Part shown: piece by piece, positions 13,001 through 25,000 of the stretch | How the letters are laid out: each line of letters opens with the position of its first letter | Position numbering within the stretch: position 1 is the first letter of the stretch | Assembly: GCA_036172245.1 (NCBI GenBank) | Contig: JAYWIR010000018.1 | Coordinates: 2,914,001-2,978,000 of the forward strand | Origin: Raillietiella orientalis | Lineage: Eukaryota | Direction of reading: 5' to 3' | DNA: 64,000 nt | The notes under the pieces: generated by a model | Seen by the model: the letters and a program-made list of their open reading frames with translations, nothing else | Database searches by the model: none | Told to the model about the DNA's origin: nothing | Translations under genes and position numbers: made by a program

Positions 13001-16000
13001 GAGAAAGAGACAGATGCGCTTTAATTTACAAGGCTTCAGTGTGCAAGATGATCCCAAACATCGCTCCGACCTCAGAGAAACTGCACACACGGCACAGAAA
13101 AAAGAAAGGATTCGTCTCGAAAAAAAATTTTCTCCCTGCATCCAGGAGTGGAAGCAGGCAGTTTGGGAGCTGCGGCGGCTCCTTGCAAAGCAGAACCTGT
13201 CTCAACGATCTGCCTCTCGACTGCGTTCAAGAAGCTGATGGCCGCTGGAGAAATAGCACGGGTTCCGCAAACCACTTAACTTCCTGTGTCTGCCTTCCCA
13301 GAGCTCTCGCGATCCCGATAGGTTCCTTCTCCGTCTCATCCGAATAGAAAATTCCGCACGAAGGAAGGAAACGAGCTGGAGTAGGAACCAGGACGCAGAC
13401 GAAAGAAGTGAGCTCGAGCCGACCTAAAAACAACCCTTTGTTTCCTACTCTGAAGATAACCCCTGATGGGATGCTTCCCAATTTCTCTGAAGGGCGCTCC
13501 TGGAAGGGAGTAGCGCTCTTCTTGACACTCTGGAGAGGTATCAATCCACCAGCTCCATGGAACTCGATGGAGGGCATCCCCCTGCCCCCCCTTGAGGGGG
13601 AGGACGGATCCATTTTCACAACCGGAGGGGAGCACAGAAGAAAACAGGCTCCTTACTTCCCGGAAGGACTCCCGGAGGGTCAACTTCCAGTCCCGTCCAG
13701 TTAGCGGGGGAATCTAGCTACCACCTGGCCAACCAGCGTCATCCTGTGGGGGGGACTCAAAACCCACGACGCACCTCCCATTCTCGGCGTCGGTCCTCCA
13801 CATGGGGATTCGAATCAGCACCACTGGATACTACTCTCGGAGACCGTAGCCACACGGCTGCCAACGTGAGCCAAGAGCGATCACAGAACCCGGAGTTCCC
13901 AGGTGTTCCGCCCATCCGGGTGTAACTAACCGGGACCGACGCTGTTTCACTTCGTCGATCGAACGAAAGGCGGTGCTCTGAGCGTGGTTTAAGGCAGCTT
14001 TTCGCAGGTTCCCGCAGCCAGAGGTTCTAGAGGGGCGACGAACGAAGAGACGCGCATTCCCCTCTTCGGAAATGGGAACCGTCAAGGTCAGGTCTCATGA
14101 TCGTATGATGGCAGGTGCATCGTGGGGAACCGGCTTCGTTGGTTCCACCGCTCCGGAAGAAAGCATGGTTGGTCTTCCTCGATACCTGTGCGTGATGCTC
14201 CAGCCGCTGGCAATGGAGAAACGTTTGGGAAGCTGCCGATCACAACCGTGCCGTCATGTGGAGGAAGCGGAAAAGCAACATACAACAATGGGATTTTCGA
14301 TTTTAGAATGGAGCGTTTCCGGAGCCTGCCTGGACAACGGAGGCGCGGCGGGTTTGACCTTAGCAGGCCGGTGTTCCCCCAAACGTTTCATCACGTGGAT
14401 CCTGTAGGAAGCAGGAAACGCTATTAAGAAAGAGGCAAAGCCCAGATGCGCGTCGCCTTGGAGCTCCTGGCTTTTCCAGAGCCTCAAGAAACGGCTCTGG
14501 AAAAGTCTCCCGCGTCGGAGGCTTTGTGGTTAAGCCGCACGTGGCACCATGAGTCGCGGGTTCGAATACACCGGCAGAAACTGACTCCACTGCGTCGTTG
14601 GGTTCCGAGTTTCTCCTGGAAGATGGCGTTGGTTGGCCTACAAACATTCAGGCGCGGCACCGGTAGCGGTTCAAACCGGAGGTCTCCGATTGAAGGCCGG
14701 AACAATGGGAGTGGACCTTCGTGTCCTTCCAGAAATCAAGGAGTGGGGAGTTCCCCCTCCGGTCGTACAACGGAGAGCGGACCCCCCACACCGGGGGGAC
14801 CCCTCCGGTTTCAAGATGGAGCAGGAGCCTTCACAGACACCTCTCCAGTTGTTTAAAGGAGCGGACTCCTCTCTGTTGCGGGGGGGACCCTCCGAGTCGC
14901 CGCCTTTCCAGAAGAGTGCAAGGAAGCAAGCGAGAGCGATTCCCTGCGGGAAGCTGCAGCGCCCCTTCTGAATTTCGGAAGCATCCCTTAGGGGTTCTCA
15001 TCAGAGGAATGAACAGGAGCTGTTCCCTTGCGGGTTCCCTCCGGAGAAAAAATTTCTATTCCTACTCAGTCCTTCCGGAGAGAATGAGGAAGGAGATTCC
15101 CTTCTGGGTTCCCCTTCGGAGACAACCAGGGTGGGAGGTGTCATCCCCCTCCCCAAGTGTGAGAGGAACGGCCTCTGAGCCATACTGGATTCATAGGGTG
15201 CACCCTCCTTCTGGGGTGCCTTGAAGAATAACACGCACCCCCCGCGGGTGGCGTGGAGCAGTCTTAAAGAGCCACGTGCGCCACGAGGCATACGAGGTAC
15301 TTAGCGAACCAAAAAAAAAAAAAAGAAACGGCTCTGGAAATCCAGGTTCTTCCTCGGGATTCGGAGACTCAACAAGGTTACTGCTGCTCGCTTGGATCTC
15401 AGAGGGAGGATGGCCGTGCGTTCTTCCTCAGCGCGAAGCGTCTGCAAATCACGGTGGGTCGCAGCGACCGCTTTCGTGAGGAGGAAGGTCAAGGACTCAT
15501 GTTTTCTAAGCGGGCCGTTTGAGCTTGGGAGCGGAGCGCAGTTCTTGGGCGTTTCATTTTCTTACCTATGTCGTATGCGTAGGCGGTGTCCCCGACGGGG
15601 AAGCTGCCAAACTTGTAGACGTGGTTGTTCACTTGCAAATGCCGGATGCATCCTTCGAATCCGGAAGTCAGGTAGAATTTCGAATGGAGGAGCTCCCGAT
15701 TTCTGGCTACTCCCAGATATAGAGGCTCTTGGAACGTGATGCAAGAGGAAAGACCCTTGAAAATTAAAAACAAAGGATAACACATTCTGGAGCAGATCGG
15801 CGGACGAATGCTTTCTCGTTTCTTTTTTTTTTCTTTAGAAAAAACTCAGAATTTTCTCGGATGGTTGCTGAATTATTGAGGAGCATACTATATATAGATA
15901 CATACTAGGAGTTCATTGTCCATCTTTGCGCGATTGCTATTACTCTGTAATAGAGTGGGTCGACCGACTCACTACCAGAAACTCAGAGTCAATAACACTT

Positions 16001-19000
16001 TGAGTCTTCCATCAGGAACATCTATTACTAGGTGAGTTCCCATGACGGATTCCCCTAAATCGGTGGGGGAATCCAGTGAGTGCTTGTTAGGTATCCATTT
16101 GATGGATGAGAAGAGGGGAGAAGACCCGGAAATGCAACAAACACCACCGAGCGAGCAGAAAGGTTCCCTGGGGTGCCTTTGGATCTGCAGCAGGGGTCGC
16201 TAGTATTTCAGAGCAGTCCATAAAGTCCAATCGCGTGCTCAAAGGGGGATCCGGAAGTTTCCACATCCCTGGCTCCTCCCTTCCTTTCTTTCTTCTCCCT
16301 CGGGGAAGCAGGAACCAGATGAGCAAGCAGAGACGAAGGCCAGAAGACCTCCATACGACTAGGCGTAGAGTTCTCCAGACCTATTCCTGCCCTCAACTAG
16401 CTAGTCTGGTTTCAAGGCGCCGAGGAAGCTCCCCGTACCATGCGCGCATGGCCACCTCTTGGTGTATGGCCACACGCACGCACCGATTGACCTCTTCAAC
16501 GGGATCGACTTGGTCCACCTGAAGGCGATTCGCCAGACTCGTCCTCCCTCGTAGCTCCTCCCCGCGGGGGACCTCTCAGAGCCGCCGCCTGTGCTGGGTT
16601 CGCACGCGCCCGAGTCGACTTGAAAGACGGAGTCGTTTGACAGGAGTATTCACGCTGCCTCTTCGGCAGGCGCGAACCGCCTCCGCGAACCACGCGCTCG
16701 CTTCAGTCTCGGGCAGAGCAGGGAAAGTCTGCCCTTCGTGAGCAGTGGAAGGTTCCCAGCTGGACCAGATTGGAAGGCTCGAATCAAGACCCGGTGTGCG
16801 TATACGAACAGGTGCTGCGTGTGCATCGCAAACACACCCGGAAAGGAAATTCGATCTTGCAGGAGGGCTCGCATAACCTTCAAGGGAAGAGGATTCTTCT
16901 GTTGACACGAGTGGACTTCCCGTGGACTTCCCAGGAAAGTGAACTCTTCCATTAATTGAGTCGTCGTGTGTGGGACCCTCCGAAACGAGAGCGGGAAGGT
17001 TGGACCCCGCAGGGTCAAACTTCAGACCAGGGCGATTCTGAAAGGCTTTCGCGGCTTAGTTCGAAAGGCAGTCGCTCCCACGGCAGCCAAGCGAAAAGGG
17101 CGGAGGGCCGGCCATCGACGACGAACGCCGCCGCTCCGGTTCCTGCTTTAGGATGGCGGAAGCGAATGGGGAGAGACCTTCGGAGGAGGAAGCGAACCGG
17201 CAGCCGGGTGGCCTAGGCGGTGACTAAGGGCAACAGCAGACATATGTCCGGACAAAAAAGAAATCTCGGATGCCTCTCTGGATGCCATCCAGGAGTTAAG
17301 GTGTGTCCCGGGTGATCGCGAGACACGGAAGTCTGCCCCCTCCCCCCGAGAAGAAACACGAGAACATGTACACGTGTACATACGCATACATCTGCACGGA
17401 TTTTCTTTTTGCTTTCCGGCCTAAGTGCTTCCTGCTTCTTGAGGATGAATTCCTAGTCGGGAACAGAAGGAGGAGACATTTCTGTCCACTCCGCCATCAC
17501 CGAAACGGAAGCACACACATAAAAATCAGTTAGACAGTTTGGCAACCCACACCAAGTGTAGGGGGGAGGGTAATGGCGAAGAATCGGTCACACGGGTTGT
17601 TTCCTTCGAAAGAAGGCGCGCCCTGCACGTGCGCGTTTTCTCGAGCCAGCTGGAGGGACAGAGATCCGGAAAAGAAGATTCAGGAATGCACCCGCGCGCA
17701 CCACGCCTCGAGCTGCGACCACCTCTCTGAAGAACAGTCCAAACGAAGTTTTGAGCAGCATTGTGAGCAGCGATTCGCAAAGAGCAGCGCACGATCATTT
17801 GGAGCTATCAATTCAGCACGTGTCCTACTGACCAGAAGTCCTTTTTCAAGGTCAGCAGATGATCGAGCGGCTTCCCGCTTCAACAGCTCATCACTGAAGT
17901 CTGTTGCGCGGAGACCTCTCGTGCTGCGTGCGATTCATCACACCTTCTTCACTCAGGCGGAGCGGACGGAGGAACGCAGTGCGCCCGAGGACTCTCAGGT
18001 CTTGCCACACAAAGTTGCAAAAAGAAAAGCGACTGCAAGTTGCCACGAAACGACTCCGTGAAAACATCACTTCGGGGAGGGCTTAACATCTCACGCGCCC
18101 TGATCGGCCGGAGCCCCTCCCTTCCTCTCTCCCATCACGAAGCTCTGTTGGAATGGGACTGCATCAATCTCGTCATGATTTTGCGTGCCACCTCGTCATG
18201 ATGGACTGGCCCTGAGGACGACCTCTCTTGCTTCATTGCTCGATAGAAAATGACGAGCGGAAACAAATGCATTCTCCTGAGGGAACGAAGCCTATGCAGA
18301 TGACCGATGAGGATGACGACGGCCACGGTAACCCTTCTCGACGAAAGCAGCAAACAGGTCCGATCAAATCCTCTGGGCCGCTGACACCTCTCGAGTCAGA
18401 CGAGCGGCGTACGGGATGCCTGGCAGATCCCGTGCGCCGCACGGCCATCTCACCGGAGACCAAAAGAAAGAGCACAGGGCTGTTGGGCGGGATGGCATGA
18501 ACCTGGGCCTTCCGCGCACACCACTCCCCGACAGCCCTCGAGCCCTCTCGAAGACGTTCCTCTTGCTAATCGAGCCGAGAGATCGTCCTTCCTTGCCGCG
18601 CGAGTGTAACAGTCGACAGCCGCTTCCGGCCGTGCGTCGGCGACGTGCGCGCACGTCAGAAGTGCGATAAAGTCGCTTCAGGACGGTGAGCTCCTCCCGT
18701 GCGAGGAGAGGAAGCCACCCTGCGGGACTTCCTTCAGCGCGCCTCGTGTGACCTTCCAGGGTCCATAGCCTGCCATCCCGAAAAGCCGTCCTCACTCAAG
18801 ACAGGTGCACGTCATGTGCACCCGGGGGAATTCTGGAGTGGCATCAGACGGCAAAGCGCATTCCAAAGAGCAGTTTACGCCCGAGAGGGTGCCCCGCCAC
18901 TGAGACTACGAATGAATTCCGGATGAGGAGCAAACGGGTTGGTAAATATACAGTCGCGCAACGTTCACTCGAAATATCTAATTAAAGCGATCTCCTAGAC

Positions 19001-22000
19001 GACCTCAGTGTGATTTCTTCTCATTTGCGTGAGAGCCCGGCAACCATATCAGTGGGCCAGGATGCCCTCTTGCCGGCTTCGTTCCGTAACTTTTCCCCTC
19101 TGTTTATTTTGTTTCTCCTTTTGCTTGCCGCCCCAAAATTATCGTTAGCAGAAAGAGGGTGCGAATCTTTTGCCCTTGGGCGACGCAGTCCCAGGAGATT
19201 CCTTCCGATGTCGTGGATGCACTCATTGCAGATCAGCGTCAGCCGGCAAAGAGCATTCCAGAGAGCTGCTAGCGAGTAGCTGGCGCCTGAGAGGATGCAC
19301 CATCACCAGAACCGCAGCTGAATTCCAGAGGAAGCGTTCAAGACAGTCAGAAATGAGGGAACATCAGCTCGGAAGATGTGCCGCTAGCCACGACCAAGCC
19401 TTGGTCAGCACATCCGTAAAAGCACCAGTGCCGCACCCGAATAGGTCGTCATCCTGCAAGAGATGCACCCATTTCTGGGTGCGTCGTGGGTTTCGTCCCT
19501 GAGAAGAATCGACACCCAGAAGTGAGCGTCGGTTCTTCTCAGGCTGGGATTAGAACCCTCAACAAACATGTTGTCCGCAGACATGTTGGGCGCGTTGGCG
19601 CAGCTACGCCAGCACCGTCAATTCTGAGCAGCCCCCTGCAAAGACTCTCCAGGCGAAATTCGACCAGGATGAAAGAAGACGCGAGAGGTCATCCTGCACA
19701 ATGACCGCTTACTGGCTAGAGGGAAGAAGAAGGGAGCATCCGTGAAGAGTAGCATCGCTCCGTCCACTGCGCCACACGTGTTCGCCTCCGTCAGGCTTTT
19801 CGAATCCTCGGACCAACGCAAGTCCGAAAGAGGACGGTGCAAGTCACGCCGGAGATGATGAAGACGTGGCCGCGGTGAAGTGTACTTTCCACCCACAGCA
19901 GGGGATGAGGACTTCGGTGTTCCCAGGTGGAGCCATTTTGCTGCTCGAGTTGGAGCGCACGCAGCAGACACGGGACGGATTTCCCACGGGGGAGCTCCCT
20001 CCGCCTCTTCTCGTCCAGCCGTGACTCGTCGCTCAGCCTCCCTCGCGGACAGTCGTTGGCCGACCTTCGACCCGTAAGGCGTCCGCACCCTCCACACACC
20101 CCGGCCGCGCTCGATGTTGGCGCACAGACAGCGTCCTCTTCGCGTTTCCCCGCCTGCGGGCGAGCGGTCCCCAAGTGCTCGGCGCACCTGGACTCGCCTA
20201 CCACCACGGCTCCCACCCACCGAAGCGGACGCTCGTCTGTCGCCGAACAGCACGCCCGGTTCCCGCATCCGGTCTCCTGTCTTGGTGGCTCTTCTTCCGA
20301 TGCCGGGTTCTCGCGCGCACCGACCTCCGCTCTGGAGAGGCGGGTCCGGCCGCCGGCTGCCGTCCTCCCCGAGCCACCGCTCGCTTGGCGGGGTTGACCG
20401 AACGGGAGACGATCGTCTGCCTCCGTGGAGAAGAAGCTCCGCACCTTCAGCGACCGACAGAGTGCAGAGACCTTCTGCCGGTCCGCGCCGCTTCCTGCAG
20501 GAGCCGCTTGCACAGGCAAGAGAGGATTTAGCCGAGAACAGAGATGAGCTGAGTGATGCTTCTCGAAACCATCCGATGCTGCTCGCTTGCGTGAGTTGCT
20601 TTCCTTTCCGGACAGCAGCACAGCCCACAGGTTCCCTCTTTCACGCTGTTTCCAGGAAATGCTGGGAACAACGTGAAAGAGGCGATATCTTGTTTCTATG
20701 GAGAACGCGCTCTCTGCAATGCTTTTTGCTCATACACGAGGCTGCTACTCGAAGGTGATTTAGCGTGTCGTTGTTCGGTACACCAGCTAAACCGAAACAC
20801 ATACACACAAAAAAAACGGGAGACCTATCAGGAAGTCAGTTGGGTCAGTCACACTTCATATTATGCACGTCCACGGAACACGCTGAAGCAAGTAAATGCA
20901 GGATGGACCAGCAGTGGGCAACCTGGCTCTCGCGAATGCAGACTCGACCCGATGGGGTCGCCCACCGCAGAGATCGACGACATCGAGGCTCCTGGACAAG
21001 AAGAGCTGTAGCTGCTCCCCAAAAGCTGTTTGCGCAAGACGTTCCCCTGGAGTTTGCCGGGGAAAATTGAGAAACAGACCGGAATCTCCTGAGATCAGCT
21101 CAGGCGCTGTAGGGGTTCCAGAGAAGCTGACGCCCGCATTGGCAGCGAGGTAGCGCCAGGTGTTTCGAGCTCGAATCCCATCGAAGGAAACGTGAGTTGC
21201 GAGTCCTCCCCTCCCCTACAGGAGGACCCTGCTAGCTTCGGGCGCGGCACTGGTGGAAACCGGATGCCCCGTTGACCAGCCTGGATTAGAAGTCGACCCT
21301 CCGAGGTCCTTCCAGGACATCAAGGGTTCCCCTCCGGTTGTGAAAATGGACCCATCCCCTCCTCGGGCGACACTCCATGGCATGCCATGGAGCTGCTTGG
21401 GACTCTCTCCAGAGTATCAGTAGCGCGCTGCTCCTTTTGGGGAGTGCCCTTCAGAGAAATCTGGAAGCGTCCCTTCGGAGCTCGCTTTAGTGGAGTAATA
21501 AGCAGTAATAAGCAGTTCCCTTGATCGGGGTCCCTCCAAAAGGCCCCTCTGGAGAGGTTCCTTTCGTGTTCCCTACCAAGAGTGAGAGGAACGGACTCCT
21601 TCTCCCGGAGCCTTCCTGGATTCATAGGGAGGTCCTCCCCCCTCCCCAGGGGTACCCCTTATAACTTGAAGAAGAGTGACATGCACCCTCGGGTGGTGCG
21701 GACAGCGTTTAAACGCTTCTTGAGCTCCCCGTGAGGAGGCAGACGGTTCTTCAGCACTTGGCGAACCAAAAAGAAAAACTGAAAGAAAAACAGCGAAAAC
21801 AGAAGAACCCGAAAGGATTTCCACCATCCTAGGCCAATAGTAACGATCTTTCCATGAGGTCGCTACTGACCTTTTATATGTATATATATAAAACTGGTCT
21901 GATGGTACTGAAAGAACTGCACTGAGCCTCTGCCATGAAGAGAAGTCAAGTGAGGAAAACGCCAGGTGCGCGTAGCGCGGTATCCTTGCGTTGCGCCCTC

Positions 22001-25000
22001 GCCCAACATTTCCGCGGACTCTTTTGCACTGCTCCAACAGCCTCGCCCTCAGATGTATCAGATTCCAGGAGACGGATCTCCAACGTCCCCCCTACCGGCG
22101 GAGGTGCGGAGACGTGGATGATTGAGTGGATGGACACGAGCCATCTCGCGAATGACCTGGGAGAGTACGAGATGATAGCGAATCCACGTGTGCTGAGTGC
22201 TCTTTGCCGAAGGGATGGCGCAACCGAAGGCGGGTCCATGATCTGCGCCTGTCGGTACGTTGAGGGAGCAGTCGCAGTCGTGCAAACGAGTAGGTCCGTC
22301 TGCTCATCCCGGAGAAAAATTGACGAAACGAGAGGAATGTGGCAGAAAAAAAATTGCAAAATCGAAGAGCCGCATCTTCGCCGCCGAACCTGGGATCCCA
22401 TCGGCAGATGACCATCAGCATCCACCGGATGATGGGATGCCGCCCCCTCCACGCTTGCCTCACCAGGGGATCGGGAAATGCCGTGCCTTCTTGCATGCAC
22501 TTGACGGCCCAGTATGTCAAAATAGAAAGTTTCCATCGGGCGGATTAGTTCGGCGCGACGATAGCTGACCGACGTGTCCGCCAGACTCCTTGCTACCAAG
22601 GCAACCAAATGACCTTTGCCGTCGAGCCATCTTTCCTTGTCTTGCCTTTCCCGTGAATCCCGGCTATGGTTCGGTTTGCAGACAGTCCAGCCACTCTCGA
22701 GTAATAGGTTTCCATGTGTTTCCAGTTGGGAGTTCTTTGCTTTCTTGCGGGACGACCGGGATCAACCGAGACGAAGAGTGAAAGCTTTGCAGCATCGATA
22801 CGCCACCGTGAAAATGGATGCTTTCGCTTGCTTGGACAGAATCACAAATGTGTATGCGCGTTTTTTTGTTTTTTTTTCTTGGAATGTGAGAACACTTCTG
22901 GGGTGTCCATTGCTTTCCTGTGCACCGCCTGCTAACGTTCAACGGGCACTGGAATCGATCAGCTCACCATTCGGCGACCTTTGTGCTATCCATTCACAGG
23001 GACATCGGTACTCAGAGTCTCGTATTCTCCTGCTGGCGTTTTGTGCACCACCGTTTTGCAGGAATTCTGCATTCGCGTGCGTTGGGCTCGAAGATCTCGA
23101 GTGCTTCACCTCAAAGGTGCCCTGAACTTGTCTTCGAGGCGAAAACGTGCTGGATGCCCGGTTCGCGGTTCCTTCGGCGGATCTCCAGCTCGCCCTGGCA
23201 AACAGCTCATTCGGTAAAATGCGTCAGCATACTTTCCCATTAGAGAAACCATCGCGACCGCTATCTGCGGGGCATCCCCGAGTCCAAAAAAACAAATACC
23301 CACGCATGGGTGATTTTGATCGATGCTGATGATTGCGATAGCAATCAGTATTATATTTCTCCTGCGTGTTCATCCAAAGGAGATGAACCGCCAGATTCCT
23401 GTAGCTTCACCCGGAGCAATCGATCCCCTTCCGTTCCTCATTTTGCTTCAGCGCAGAGATGAAGAAATTTCCGCAGAAGACGGACAGGTTTCTCTGGCCG
23501 TCGGAACGAGTCGAAAGATCGGCTCATCTCCGGTGCTCGGCCATCCATTGCTAGCTCCTATCCCACCGTTCACCGAGATAAAGAGAAGGGGGATACTTCG
23601 TTTGAGGTTGACTTTTTCTTAAGACACGAAATCTCTGCCTCTCATATTTAGAAGACCAGCAGATCGTCGTTTCTGGTCCTCAGTCCAGAGTCTGGAGTGA
23701 GGGCACTCAACGCGCCACGGAGACGGCAGGCTCCTGCCAAGCCATGCAGATGAAACCGTTGATTCAAGCAACAAGAAGCGGAAGGAAGAGCCAAGTAAAA
23801 AATGAGCTTCAGTTCACCTTAGAGGTTCCCTGGGAATTTTTTCCGTTGTTGAGTTGCAGCCACACACCCCACTTGTGCTGATAAACAGTAAGTTTGTTCC
23901 AGTGGTCGTTGAGGATCTCATTGGACGAACTGACCACGCCAGCTCCCGAGCCGCAGTCGAATCTGGAAAAACGCGAATTCTCGCTGTATTTGACGTCAGG
24001 TAGGTCGAATCACTCCTGCAGGATTTTCAAGTTGCCGGCAACACAACACTGAGCAAACCAAGAAGCACGCATCTTTCGATTTCTTACTTCTGGATGTTCA
24101 TCCACGCTGCTCCCGAGAAGGAATCGCGCGAGAGGATTCGTTCGAGGTGGAGAGGACTGCTTGTACGGGAACAGGAGAAGGAAAGTGGCAGAACACCCTC
24201 AACCTCCGTCGAAAGGGTTGAACCCGTGTTGCTTCTTAAGCCCGGATCGTGCGTGGTCACGTGGGTGCAAGTTTGCTGCTTTCTCGCAGGAAAGCGCCCG
24301 CTCCTTATTGATGCGCCCGCTGCTCCGCTTTGGGAGATGACGAATTAGGGTGTTCGCGTATCCAGGAGCAGAGCACAACTCGCGGTCCCAAGCGCTAGGC
24401 GGGAGAGTCCGGAGAGGCTTGCGAGGGATTGCGTTGATGTGAAACCGCACGCTCGTGATGCGACTGCATGCAGGCCGGCAAGTCATTTTGAAATCATAAC
24501 GTAGGTCGCGACAGCAATGATTCCACGAAATATCTCGAATGCAGCTGACTGATGTTACACGATCGTCTGCAGGCAATGTCGTCAAGCATCGTGTGTGTTG
24601 CGGAAGTTCTCCACACTGTAAAAGAAATTGTCAGAATAAGCAGCTTCTGAAAGAGATGTTGCGAAAAGCGTTACTGAACTACGACAGCATCCGCTCCAGT
24701 CACAGATAGAAGATCAAAAAGACGAAAAAAAAATAAGGGTAGGTGGATTTGCGTACTCACATCTTGAAGTGCACGTGCATTCCTTTGGACCAGAATGTGT
24801 GCACCAGAAATATTCGCCCCAGCCTCTTAAACTTGACCTCTTCAACCTAAGAAGAGGTTCAAACATCCTTCCCCAAAAAGTCTCCTGTTCCTATCGGAGG
24901 TCGCTTGTCCATAACGCGCTCTCCTTACTCACTTTGTTTTTTTTCGCAAAGAAAATCATTGCACGAATTGACGAAGAGATCGATTTTAAAAGAAAAGTTG

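Noticed and set aside
17366..17381. Perfect 16-bp palindrome ATGTACACGTGTACAT (also a 9-bp hairpin at 32382-32400)
   Set aside because: About one such palindrome is expected by chance in 64 kb, and there is no supporting context.
19618..20628. 336-aa and 270-276-aa ORFs inside the inverted-repeat arms
   Set aside because: GC-rich and Arg/Gly/Ala-biased, open in several overlapping frames, with no recognisable domain; identity between arms only reflects the DNA duplication.
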